A stretch of DNA of 41,041 nucleotides, taken from positions 94,061 to 135,101 of the forward strand of contig CAWKCK010000012.1 of NCBI GenBank assembly GCA_963848135.1. The letters run 5' to 3'. Position numbers and translations under genes: made by a program. The DNA comes from an uncultured delta proteobacterium (GTDB taxonomy: Bacteria; Desulfobacterota; Desulfobacteria; Desulfobacterales; SG8-13). Each line of letters opens with the position of its first letter. The stretch's first letter is position 1. This document shows, in pieces, positions 1 to 8,632 of the stretch. The notes beneath the pieces are model-generated. The model was given only the letters and a program-made list of their open reading frames with translations, did not search any database and was not told where the DNA came from.

Positions 1-200
1 CAGCCGATGATAGTGGGAACGATCGATGCGTACAGGCCGTATTGGACCGGCAGCCCGGCGATAAGGGCATATGCCATGGACTGGGGGACAGCAACAACCG
101 CCACCGTCAGTCCGGCAAAAAGATCGGCTTTGATGAAACGCCGGCCATAGCCACGGATCCAGGAAACAAAGGGAACGAAATCTTCGATATGGACGTGCAC
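1..200 (-). CDS. SulP family inorganic anion transporter, 5' part (runs off the window edge)
   Basis: Manual translation from GTG at 200 gives MHVHIEDFVPFVSWIRGYGRRFIKADLFAGLTVAVVAVPQSMAYALIAGLPVQYGLYASIVPTIIG, which carries the SulP N-terminal signature (D..AGLTVA...PQSMAYA..AG.P...GLY). Confidence 0.92.
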   Translation of the reverse strand, partial: MHVHIEDFVPFVSWIRGYGRRFIKADLFAGLTVAVVAVPQSMAYALIAGLPVQYGLYASIVPTIIG

Positions 201-233
201 AGGTGAATTCCTGCCCGATTGATTTTATGCTAT

Positions 234-459
234 CCTAATTTGAGCGATTGTCGAGGTTGCCGCAGCTACAAGGAAGATGTCGTTCCGCTATAGTCAGCTA
301 TGCGGAATTGCATATGACGCCGCAGATGCGACAACCCTCCAGAGGCGGATAAAGATCGGCAATCCCGATGGGTTTCAAATTTAAAATCAAACTATGATAG
401 AATTCCTTATAAATAAAGCAGTTCCCCCTCCATTTAAAATCTGAAACGCTCACTTTAGG
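234..459. mobile_element. MITE family A, copy 1 (226 bp, non-autonomous)
   Basis: Terminal inverted repeats are CCTAATTTGAGCG / CGCTCACTTTAGG. Flanks GCTAT / TCTAT form a near 5-bp TSD. A near-identical inverted copy lies at 32993-33201, and the interior has nested hairpins. Confidence 0.85.
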
Positions 460-460
460 T

Positions 461-667
461 CTATGGTACCGGTTTTACCATGTCCACCACCCGGCGGACG
501 TCGGGAAGGCATCAGCGGCCTTTGGGATTATTGGTGGCACACTGGCAGCCGCCGAGCTGCTTGGTGGTCCTGATCTCTTCCATGATTAAGGAATGGCCGT
601 TAGTGAAGACATCCTGCCGTATGTCTTCGGCCGAGTAACCAAAGCAGTAGCAAATCAGCTCTTGCAA
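461..667 (-). CDS. Small BFD-like/CopZ-N-terminal-like Cys-rich metal-binding selenoprotein (68 aa, Sec52)
   Basis: Not in the ORF track. TTG start follows RBS GAAAGGAG: MQELICYCFGYSAEDIRQDVFTNGHSLIMEEIRTTKQLGGCQCATNNPKGR-U-CLPDVRRVVDMVKPVP. TGA at 512-514 takes the first Cys position of the family motif NPxGxCC. A SECIS-like hairpin follows at 482-499. Confidence 0.85.
482..499 (-). promoter_or_regulatory. Bacterial SECIS-like hairpin
   Basis: mRNA GUCCGCC-GGGU-GGUGGAC is a 7-bp stem starting 13 nt after the UGA, with a GU-containing apical loop. Confidence 0.7.
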
Positions 668-1043
668 ATGGTGGTGCTCCTTTCCAGAAGATCGCTATTA
701 TTTTGTCAGCAAACCATATATCAATCGGCTTCAGACCGCAAGTGTCGCATCTCCGTCGGCAACACAAAACCGTTTAACAAGGGGAAGGTATTGACTTTAG
801 TTTTGATCCGAACTTGTTACATCTGTTGGCAAGTTTTGGTCATTGCTTTCCGGTACTTTGGAATTGTTTCGAATTTCGTGCTTATCTTTTCGGATTTATA
901 CCGCTTGGGATATTGCCCCTGCCCCCTTTTGAGGATGACCTGATGTCATCCGCTCGGTGGGTGGAGCGTCGTAGGAGGGTGCCAGTTTGGTCTCTAAGCT
1001 GTGAGGGAGGGGTTTTTCCGCCGGGTGCGGTGCCATTGCCGAA

Positions 1044-1559
1044 TTATTCGGCGGTTTCCCCGAACCGTTCGACACATGATTCCAAGCATTGCCGGCAGTC
1101 ATTGCGATCGGCCGCCTGTTTCGAATAGTAATTCACGAATGCCTGGATCCAGTCTTCACCGGTCCTGGGGCAGTACTGGATATATTCGATGAACTGAACC
1201 AATCTTTCAACCGCGGTGCGATCCATGGCGTGTTCCATGCGGCAGGCGTTTTCCTCCGCCCGTTCGTCATCGAGCAGCAGTACGTTCCGGAGAAAATCTT
1301 TTATAACCGAATGCTTTCTGGCGATTTCTGATGCCAGGGCTTTTCCTGCGGGTGTCAGGGTGATGAAACTGTAAGGTTCATAGTTGATCAGGTTTTTTTC
1401 AGCCAGAGATTTGAGCGCACCGGTTACCGAGCCCTGCATCACACCCATCTTAGCGGCGATCGCCTTGGATCGGGCCACCTTGTTGGCCCTTTCGAGTTCA
1501 AGGATTGTCTCGAGATAATCCTCGAGGTTGTCCGATATTTTTCGGAGTGCTTTGGCCAT
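1044..1559 (-). CDS. DtxR/MntR family metal-dependent transcriptional regulator
   Basis: LEDYLETI...HTH (VMQGSVTGALKSL), YEPY, ARKH...ACRMEHA metal-site motifs, and a Cys-rich C-tail. Confidence 0.93.
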   Translation of the reverse strand: MAKALRKISDNLEDYLETILELERANKVARSKAIAAKMGVMQGSVTGALKSLAEKNLINYEPYSFITLTPAGKALASEIARKHSVIKDFLRNVLLLDDERAEENACRMEHAMDRTAVERLVQFIEYIQYCPRTGEDWIQAFVNYYSKQAADRNDCRQCLESCVERFGETAE

Positions 1560-1651
1560 TTTCGCTCCCCTGCCTTATCGACATATTGAAAGCGACGATC
1601 AACGGGTTGAAAATCACCGCGATCGTGCAAATTTTGGTTGACATGAAAGAA

Positions 1652-1669
1652 AGTTAGGTATACCTAACT
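1652..1669. promoter_or_regulatory. DtxR/MntR-type operator over the feoA promoter
   Basis: Perfect 18-bp palindrome AGTTAGGTATACCTAACT (TTAGG...CCTAA core) just downstream of TTGACA at 1638-1643, between the divergent regulator and feoA. Confidence 0.8.
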
Positions 1670-1711
1670 CCGTCATCTTGTACTGTCAACATTAAAATTG
1701 GAGGCATACAT

Positions 1712-1954
1712 ATGCCGTGCATGAACATGCGCCATATGAAGGACAATCAGGAAGGTGTTATCTGCACCATCAAGGCTCGTGGCGAGCTGGGCCGCCGCAT
1801 CCGTGACATGGGGCTCGTACCGGGAACCCGGGTCAAGGTTCGCGGGAGAGCGCCCCTGTATGACCCGGTCGCCTTGCGCCTGATGGGTTTCACCCTGACA
1901 CTGCGCAACAACGAAGCGGATTACATCGAGGTGGATGTTGACGAACTCCATTGA
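1712..1954 (+). CDS. feoA: Ferrous iron transport protein A
   Basis: RRIRDMGLVPG...RAPLYDPV..LTLRNNEA FeoA motif, RBS GGAGG, overlaps the feoB start. Confidence 0.95.
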   Translation: MPCMNMRHMKDNQEGVICTIKARGELGRRIRDMGLVPGTRVKVRGRAPLYDPVALRLMGFTLTLRNNEADYIEVDVDELH

Positions 1955-4163
1955 AGCTACGATCGCTCTGGCCGGCAACCCCAATTCGGGCAAGACGACG
2001 TTATTCAACGCTTTGACCGGTGCCCGCCAGCACGTGGGGAACTACCCCGGTATCACTGTTGAAAAAAAAATCGGGGCTTATATTAAGGACAACCGGCGGT
2101 TTACTATTGTCGATCTGCCCGGGACCTATTCACTGACAGCCTATTCCCTTGAAGAAATAGTTGCCCGGGATTTTTTGATCGACGAGAAACCGGCGGTTGT
2201 CGTCGACATCGTCGATGCCGCAAACCTGGAGCGAAACCTCTACCTGTCGATTCAAATGCTGGAAATGGGCCTTCCGGTGTGTATCGCCTTGAACATGGTG
2301 GATGCTGCAAAGCGCCGTGGGATCGAGATTGACGAAAAGCGGTTGGCGGAGATGCTCAATGTGCCGGTGATTCCCACCATTGCCCGCAACGGCAGCGGTA
2401 AAGATGAATTGATGCAGGCTGTAGAAGAGATCGCCAAATCCCATGAAACCCGTTCACCCTTGCTGATTTCTTACGGCCAGGACATCGATCAGGCTCTCTT
2501 CGAGATGGAGCGGTTGATCAGAGACGCGCAATTCCTGACCGAAACCTACCAGCCTCGCTGGATCGCGTTGAAGTACATGGAAGCGGACAAAAAAATGCGC
2601 GAGCGCGGTAAACGCCGGAATTCGCACCTGTCGGCTGTACTGGACGGTATCGCTGATCGGGTCAGCGACCACCTCGAAGAAACCCTCGCAATCGATCCGG
2701 AGGCCATGATTGCCGATCACCGTTACGGATACATTCGCTCGATCGTGAACCAGGGGGTTATTACGCGCGCCGATGATCTTTCCCGATTGCATGTGTCCGA
2801 TAGGCTAGACGGCATTTTCACCCACAGGTTTTTCGGTCCCCTATTCATGGTGGCCGTGCTCTTTGGTTTGTACCAGTTTACGTTCACTTACAGCGAGATA
2901 CCGGTAAGCTGGCTGGAAACCGGCTTCGCAAAGCTAAGCCAGCTGGTTTCCGATCACATGCCGGAAGGTGTACTCAAATCCCTTCTTATATCAGCCGTCA
3001 TCAATGGTGTCGGCGGCGTTCTGGGCTTTGTGCCCCTGATTGTCTTTATGTTTTTCGGTATTGCGATCCTGGAAGATTCCGGGTACCTGGCCCGGGTCGC
3101 GTTCATGCTCGACCGCATATTTCGTATTTTCGGACTTCACGGCAGTGCGGTCATGCCGTTTATCATTTCCGGCGGCATTGCCGGTGGATGCGCGGTACCT
3201 GGTGTCATGGCAGCCCGCACCCTGAAGTCACCCCGCGAGAGGCTTACCACGATACTGACCGTTCCGTTCATGAACTGCGGCGCCAAGCTGCCGGTATTTG
3301 CGCTGCTCGTGGCGACGTTCTTTGCCCAATACGAAGCCATAATGATGTTCGGCATCACCCTGGGTGCCTGGGCTGGCGCCCTTTTGGTGGCCAAACTGCT
3401 GCGGTCAACAGTTATCCGGGGCGAAGCCACTCCGTTCGTCATGGAGCTGCCGCCCTACCGTCTGCCGACGCTCAAAGGGGTGACCACCCATACCTGGGAG
3501 AGAACCTGGCAGTACATAAAGAAAGCCGGAACGATCATACTGGCCATATCGATCATCATGTGGGCCTTGATGAGTTACCCGGGGCTCCCAGAAAGCGCAA
3601 AACAGGAATTCCAGGCCGAGCGACAGGCACTGCTGGCCAGAGCTGCCGAGCCGGTTATCCGCGAGATCCAATATGACGGCGACGATGGAACCCTTTCAAA
3701 CCAGGCGCGCGACCTCAAGAAGAAATTGGCACGGATCGATGCCCGCGAAGCCGAGACCGGGTTAAAAAACTCTGTCGCCGGCCGTATCGGCCAGAGGCTT
3801 GAATCGATCAGCCAGATGGCCGGTTTCGACTGGCGCGTGAACATCGCGCTGTTGGGCGGTATCGCTGCCAAGGAGGTCGTCATCTCAACCCTTGGTACGG
3901 CGTATTCTTTGGGGGAGGTGGATCTTGAAGACAGCAAACCTTTAGGGGATACCCTGGCCCAGGCGCCGGGATGGCGGCCGTTGACCGCTTTTAGCCTCAT
4001 TCTATTCATCATGTTTTACGCCCCTTGTTTCGTTTCTGTGGTTTGTATTTCAAGAGAAAGTGGATCCTGGAAATGGGGTGCGTTTTCGATTGTCTTCAAC
4101 ACCCTGTTGGCGTTCACGCTGGCGACAACGGTTTTCCAGCTGGGATCGCTGATGGGTTTCTGA
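1935..4163 (+). CDS. feoB: Ferrous iron transport protein B
   Basis: G-domain GNPNSGKT, GNYPGITVE, DLPGTYSL, NMVD; membrane Gate motifs LEDSGYLAR, PFVMELPPY, AAKEVV, YAPC. Confidence 0.97.
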   Translation: MLTNSIEATIALAGNPNSGKTTLFNALTGARQHVGNYPGITVEKKIGAYIKDNRRFTIVDLPGTYSLTAYSLEEIVARDFLIDEKPAVVVDIVDAANLERNLYLSIQMLEMGLPVCIALNMVDAAKRRGIEIDEKRLAEMLNVPVIPTIARNGSGKDELMQAVEEIAKSHETRSPLLISYGQDIDQALFEMERLIRDAQFLTETYQPRWIALKYMEADKKMRERGKRRNSHLSAVLDGIADRVSDHLEETLAIDPEAMIADHRYGYIRSIVNQGVITRADDLSRLHVSDRLDGIFTHRFFGPLFMVAVLFGLYQFTFTYSEIPVSWLETGFAKLSQLVSDHMPEGVLKSLLISAVINGVGGVLGFVPLIVFMFFGIAILEDSGYLARVAFMLDRIFRIFGLHGSAVMPFIISGGIAGGCAVPGVMAARTLKSPRERLTTILTVPFMNCGAKLPVFALLVATFFAQYEAIMMFGITLGAWAGALLVAKLLRSTVIRGEATPFVMELPPYRLPTLKGVTTHTWERTWQYIKKAGTIILAISIIMWALMSYPGLPESAKQEFQAERQALLARAAEPVIREIQYDGDDGTLSNQARDLKKKLARIDAREAETGLKNSVAGRIGQRLESISQMAGFDWRVNIALLGGIAAKEVVISTLGTAYSLGEVDLEDSKPLGDTLAQAPGWRPLTAFSLILFIMFYAPCFVSVVCISRESGSWKWGAFSIVFNTLLAFTLATTVFQLGSLMGF

Positions 4164-4174
4164 AGGATGTTGTC

Positions 4175-4372
4175 ATGTGGCAAAACATTGTCGTTACTTT
4201 GATCGTCATTCTGGCGGTGGCATTCACGGCCCGAAAGTTTTATCGCAGCTTCAAGCAAACGGATAGGTGCAGCTGCAATAGTGGCTGCCCAGCTGGAGAG
4301 ACCAGCGTTTGCTGCAGCACTCCGAACCAACTTTTCCCTCTGCACAGCGATAAAAAGGAATTCGAAAAATAA
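4175..4372 (+). CDS. FeoB-associated Cys-rich membrane protein (65 aa)
   Basis: ATG 4175 just after feoB; one TM helix followed by CSCNSGC...CC. Confidence 0.8.
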   Translation: MWQNIVVTLIVILAVAFTARKFYRSFKQTDRCSCNSGCPAGETSVCCSTPNQLFPLHSDKKEFEK

Positions 4373-4380
4373 CGCCCTAA

Positions 4381-4406
4381 CCCGGATATTTCATGAAATA
4401 CTCGGG
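4381..4406. mobile_element. Minimal 26-bp palindromic element of MITE family B
   Basis: CCCGGATATTTCATGAAATACTCGGG flanked on both sides by CTAA (4377-4380, 4407-4410). Its ends match those of the elements at 31239 and 34102. Confidence 0.65.
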
Positions 4407-4630
4407 CTAAGTGCGGTTACTCCCGTTGACTTTGATCCGATTGGACATACTGTTCGAATTAGGGATTACAGAGTGTCCGATTCATACATGAGAATTTTTT
4501 CCGGGCCGGCACCCGCTGAGAACATCCCCCAGAGGAAAAAAGGCCATACTTGGAAAGACACTCATTAAAACCACGAATCTGTGAATAACCAAAGGTGCCA
4601 CACCTAATTTCTATAGAAAGGAGCCATGTT

Positions 4631-4924
4631 ATGACCACCCAAGACAGCGGTTCCAGGTTTACCTTTTATTTTCCGGAAGCCCGGGTCTTGAGCAACGCCG
4701 AAGTCGCCGGACTTCCACCGGAAAAGAAACAGGCGGCTGACAATACCGGTAAGCGAGGGATCTGGTTGGAAATCGATTGCCCGGACCAAGCTTGTGTCAG
4801 CACTGAAGGAAAAATCACCATACCGGCTGCGGGCATAGAGCCCAAAAGCCATAAAGGGGTTTGGTTAAACGTCTTTTGCCCCAACGACAGCTGCGAGATG
4901 CATGAAAGTACGGAATTGCCATAA
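4631..4924 (+). CDS. Hypothetical protein with duplicated G(I/V)WL...CPxxxC motif (97 aa)
   Basis: RBS AAAGGAG; internal repeat GIWLEIDCPDQAC / GVWLNVFCPNDSC. Confidence 0.7.
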   Translation: MTTQDSGSRFTFYFPEARVLSNAEVAGLPPEKKQAADNTGKRGIWLEIDCPDQACVSTEGKITIPAAGIEPKSHKGVWLNVFCPNDSCEMHESTELP

Positions 4925-4981
4925 GAATTGCGGAGGATGGGAATGGCGCGGCGAAACAAAATGGTTAAGTAAGCAAGGTGC

Positions 4982-5017
4982 AGCCCTTCAAACCGATGGC
5001 GTTTGAGGGGCTTTTTT
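4982..5017 (+). terminator. Rho-independent terminator-like hairpin
   Basis: AGCCCTTCAAAC-CGATGGC-GTTTGAGGGGCT followed by a T run. Confidence 0.65.
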
Positions 5018-5061
5018 ATTGGGAAAATATCAAGAAGGAAAACAAGGTTGGAGGGAAGACT

Positions 5062-5940
5062 ATGCGGTCGAAATTGATGGCGCTTTTTGTTACCTTGGCA
5101 ATTCCGTTTCTCTCAGTTGCTGCGGTGAATGCCGGTGACCATGGCCAGAAGGCTCTCAAGAAAACCGGGATACTACTCGTCGCCTTCGGGTCGAGCCAGG
5201 CAGAGGCTCAGGTTTCCTTTGAAAATATCGAGCATAAGGTTAAACAGAGGTATCCTGACATACCGGTTCGCTGGGCCTATACTTCTCATATTATTCGTAA
5301 AAAACTTGCCAAACAGGGAAAATATCTGGATTCGCCTGAAGTCGCTTTGGCAAAGATGCAGGATGAGGAGTTTACCCATGTGGCCGTTCAGTCGCTTCAC
5401 ACAATTGCCGGGGAGGAATATCACGATCTGCGCCGCACCGTAGGCGCTTTTAAAATGATGGGTGGTTTTCAGAAAATTATCCTGGGCTACCCCCTTATGG
5501 CGACTCAGGAAGATATGCAGCGGACCGTGGAGGCCATCTTGGAGACCATTCCCGAACACCGCCAAAAAAATGAAGCCGTTGTCCTGATGGGCCATGGTAG
5601 TCATCACCCGTCAAATGCGTTTTATGCCGCCCTCATGTTTCAGCTGCAACTCCGGGACCCTAACATTTTCGTCGGCACGGTCGAAGGCTATCCCGAAGTC
5701 GATCTGATCAAGGAGCTTCTGCTAAGAAAGAAAATCAAAAAAGCCTACCTGATGCCCTTTATGTCTGTGGCAGGGGACCACGCCAAGAACGATATGGCCG
5801 GTGATGAAGACGACTCTTGGAAATCGGTTTTCACAAAGGCAGGGATCGAATGTGCTCCCATCCTGAAAGGAACTGCGGAATACGACCCCTTCGTTGAGAT
5901 CTGGGTCGATCACATAAAGGGCCCGCTCGACCATTTCTGA
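5062..5940 (+). CDS. cbiK: Sirohydrochlorin cobaltochelatase CbiK with signal peptide (periplasmic CbiKP type)
   Basis: ILLVAFGSS, AYTSHII, QSLHTIAGEEY, MGHGSHH, GTVEGYP, PFMSVAGDHAKNDMAG. ATG 5062 follows GGAGGG and starts a hydrophobic signal peptide ending AVNA. Confidence 0.92.
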   Translation: MRSKLMALFVTLAIPFLSVAAVNAGDHGQKALKKTGILLVAFGSSQAEAQVSFENIEHKVKQRYPDIPVRWAYTSHIIRKKLAKQGKYLDSPEVALAKMQDEEFTHVAVQSLHTIAGEEYHDLRRTVGAFKMMGGFQKIILGYPLMATQEDMQRTVEAILETIPEHRQKNEAVVLMGHGSHHPSNAFYAALMFQLQLRDPNIFVGTVEGYPEVDLIKELLLRKKIKKAYLMPFMSVAGDHAKNDMAGDEDDSWKSVFTKAGIECAPILKGTAEYDPFVEIWVDHIKGPLDHF

Positions 5941-6213
5941 TTCCCTACCTCCCCAAGGGTTACGGGAACTCCCCGCATAGTATTAAATTCATATGGGACG
6001 TCTTTCTGTCTAATCCTTGACAGCGCTTTCTTCACACTGGCTGTTTTTGCGGCCAGCTCGCTGTTTTGCCCCATGACTCTCGGTAGCCATTTGATCGATT
6101 CTGTGTCGTTCACGACTCTTCGTCTCGTGAGCGTCGCATTGGCATTGTTTACTTATTCGTGACGGGTTGCCATCGATATGGCCCATGAAAAAGTATTGGC
6201 GCAACAGGCCGTT

Positions 6214-7155
6214 TCATCGAGAACGCGATGAAACCTCGCTGCGGACAGGCCAGACAGAAAAATCTGCTTTTTCTTTGAACCCCACCCCCACGTTGCCATC
6301 GTTAGTATATAAAATCCAGGCATAGGCGGGATCGTAAACACTCGTCGTGGACGACCAATACCCTTCACCAATATTTTGAAAGGGATGGGATTCGGGAAGG
6401 GACGGGCTGTGCTGATCGAGCGCAACCAGACTCTCAAGTTCGCGGATGTTGGGAAGACGCCAGTCATCATAACCGTGTGTTCTGTTCGCATTCAATCGCT
6501 GCACCTCTATCAGGGATGCGGGCCAGTTCAAAACATCTTTCGAGCCCATGGCCGAACGCAGCCACATCAATCCCGTCGATCGATCGGAGACAAGATGACC
6601 GGAAAATTTGAAGCGATCACCAGGGGCAATCGGGTTGACTGCTTGCAATTGTCTCACCGGCCAGACCAGATAAGAGCCCTGCTTCATCCCCTTAAATACC
6701 CTACCACCGCCAAGGTGCACATACCATGCCTGTTTTGGCCACTGGGCGCTGGGGCTGGACGTCCAGTAATATCCTGCGAAGACATTGGTAAATGGATGGG
6801 CGGCCGGCAGCGCCGGATTGAATCGGCTATGGCTGATCAGACTGAACAGCTCACGTCGATCCGGCAACCGCCAGTCGTCATGCCCATGAAAGCATGACGC
6901 ATTCATCCAGTCGACATATTCAAGGGCTTCCCCCCACGTCTGGGGAAACTCAGCCGGCGTAGCGTTTTTCGTCCATATCAAGCCACTAAGGAAATCTTTA
7001 ACCACCACCTCCTGCTCTTCGAACCGCGGCATTGGCCAGGTTCGTCCGGCACGGATGTCTCCATCCTGTCCGGTTCCCTTGCAGTCGATCTCCTGTCCGC
7101 GGGAATCATAGCACCGAGTTTGATCTGTTTGATAAAGGGGCGAATATGCGTTCAT
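6214..7155 (-). CDS. DUF1566 (Lcl C-terminal-like) tandem-domain protein
   Basis: Two copies of D..(S/T)GL.W...W.......LN....G.DDWRLP...EL.SL and YW(T/S)S...AW...G...VWPVR. Confidence 0.85.
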   Translation of the reverse strand: MNAYSPLYQTDQTRCYDSRGQEIDCKGTGQDGDIRAGRTWPMPRFEEQEVVVKDFLSGLIWTKNATPAEFPQTWGEALEYVDWMNASCFHGHDDWRLPDRRELFSLISHSRFNPALPAAHPFTNVFAGYYWTSSPSAQWPKQAWYVHLGGGRVFKGMKQGSYLVWPVRQLQAVNPIAPGDRFKFSGHLVSDRSTGLMWLRSAMGSKDVLNWPASLIEVQRLNANRTHGYDDWRLPNIRELESLVALDQHSPSLPESHPFQNIGEGYWSSTTSVYDPAYAWILYTNDGNVGVGFKEKADFSVWPVRSEVSSRSR

Positions 7156-7183
7156 TGCAAAAAAATATGTTGGCTGAAGTAAT

Positions 7184-7250
7184 AGTTTTAATAGTCCGCT
7201 CAGAACGGTTCACAAGCCATTCCTCCGGATCTGCCGGAGGTCAATGGATC
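7184..7250 (-). mobile_element. IS200/IS605-type end remnant (subterminal hairpin)
   Basis: The reverse complement GATCCATTGACCTCCGGCAGATCCGGAGGAATGGCTTGTGAACCGTTCTGAGCGG aligns with 30309-30363. It contains the CCTCCGG..CCGGAGG hairpin typical of Y1-transposase element ends. Confidence 0.6.
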
Positions 7251-7251
7251 T

Positions 7252-7414
7252 GCGCAGTAATTACCCATCGTTTCCGTTTATCCAGCAGTGACCGGGTATG
7301 TTTTACACAGGTCTGCTTGTAAGCCCGTATGTTATTTTTTGTAAAGAAACAACTAATAATACGTAATATCAAGTACTTAATTTACAAGTGCCACAAAGTG
7401 GCACATAACGTGCT
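7252..7414 (+). promoter_or_regulatory. Sigma-54 promoter with IHF site and paired enhancer sites
   Basis: -24/-12 TGGCAC-ATAAC-GTGCT at 7399-7414; IHF consensus TATCAAGTACTTA at 7367-7379; enhancers GCGCA-N5-TACCC (7252) and GGGTA-N5-TACAC (7294). Confidence 0.75.
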
Positions 7415-7629
7415 TAACTATTTTATAAACAGAATCAAGAAACGTAGCCAGAGATGGAATCAAATCCGTCGGATCGTTCCAGCTAAAGTGCGCATGGCCT
7501 CTCAGATGATTCGATCTTCCCTTGTCACGGTATTCTCGGGCCTTAAGGGTTAGTATTCATAGTGATTTCTATTGGCGGAAAAGAACTCTAATATTTAACC
7601 CTAAAAAGAGTGCATGTCCAGGAGTGATA

Positions 7630-7854
7630 GTGAAATTTTCGCTGAAATCAATTCTGTTCATGTTCTGGTTGTCAATAATGGCAACCGTTGTTTACTTCTA
7701 CCTGCTAAGCGGGATGACATTCATCCAGCTTAGCAGTGATCTTCAAAACCTTATCAGCTCCGCTGGCCCTGGCGCCACTATCGCCTTTGATGTTATTTTC
7801 AGTGGTCTTTTGGACGACTGCCTCTTATTCAATGAGCCAATCCAATCTTATTGA
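7630..7854 (+). pseudogene. Truncated membrane-protein 5' fragment (possibly TVP38/VTT-like) abutting cueP
   Basis: RBS AGGAG plus GTG; MKFSLKSILFMFWLSIMATVVYFYLLSG...LQNLISSAGPGATIAF resembles a VTT-family N-terminus, then runs out of frame into the cueP signal region. Confidence 0.35.
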
Positions 7855-8305
7855 CCAACTTAACGGGGTGGATGCTTACAAGGCTCTGGCCCTTGCGAAC
7901 CAGTGGCACTGGGAAAAGCAACCCGTGAAAACTCATATCACCACTAATGAAGTCGTATTTCAATTTGATAGCGGTACCACCAAAACAATTGCACTTCCTA
8001 GTGAAAAAGTCATGATTGCCGTTGCCCCTTATATTAATAAAACACACACATGAGGGGTTCACTACATGTCCTCCTGTCAGGGGGAATTGACTCAAACAGT
8101 ATTCAACGTCAAAGCCGTCGATTTAAAAGGCGATGTCATTATAAACTCACCCATCATTTCTCTGGAAAACGGATTTATAGAACTTTGGTTGCCAAGAGAG
8201 CGAACAATTAAATTAACCATCGAAGGGTTGAACCGTTCAACCACCGGTGTTATTTCGACCGCGATCGGCAGCAACACTTGCATAACCACCTTTCAACTTT
8301 ATTAA
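7736..8305 (+). CDS. cueP: CueP family periplasmic metal-binding protein, selenocysteine form (joins ORFs 7736-8053 and 8066-8305)
   Basis: Both ORFs share a frame. Readthrough gives VAPYINKTHT-U-GVHYMSSCQGEL...NGFIELWLPR...NTCITT, matching the CueP THxCxxHxxxxCQGE and TCIT motifs with Cys replaced by TGA (8051-8053). The start is uncertain. Confidence 0.85.
8069..8085 (+). promoter_or_regulatory. Bacterial SECIS-like hairpin
   Basis: UCCUCCU-GUC-AGGGGGA, with the loop GU at +23/+24 from the UGA. Confidence 0.65.
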
Positions 8306-8632
8306 CTGGCTTCAGAAAAATTTTTGCGTAAGTCAGGGACATTCAATCCGTTTGACTATATCACCAGAAGGTCCTGCATCAATCTGGTTGAGATGGGCGG
8401 CCAAATAATATGGCCCACTTATCTTATTTAACCTGTGTGTAGAGCACGTTTCATCACGCAGACTACCATTCAGCCATTTTCCCTACATGGATAAATAAAA
8501 TCGGCTTTGATAATTGATATTTTTTGACGGATAATTGTATCTTTGATAGTGACATGATCACCGGTTTTCTTTAAAAATTATACAAATCGGAATTATTTAA
8601 ACTGCTGAGAACAATTAAAAAGGGGGGTAAAA

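Noticed and set aside
593..1331. Plus-strand ORFs 593-943, 814-1128, 1001-1192, 1089-1331 and minus ORF 896-1102
   Set aside because: They have no motifs and overlap or lie antisense to the better-supported selenoprotein and DtxR genes. The same reasoning applies to most short shadow ORFs in the track.
4925..5061. Cobalamin or NiCo riboswitch upstream of cbiK
   Set aside because: No B12-box or other recognisable aptamer consensus; only a terminator-like hairpin is evident.
1952..5940. Terminal TGA codons of feoA, feoB and cbiK as possible Sec
   Set aside because: The proteins are already complete at these stops, and there is no Cys-motif context or meaningful continuation.
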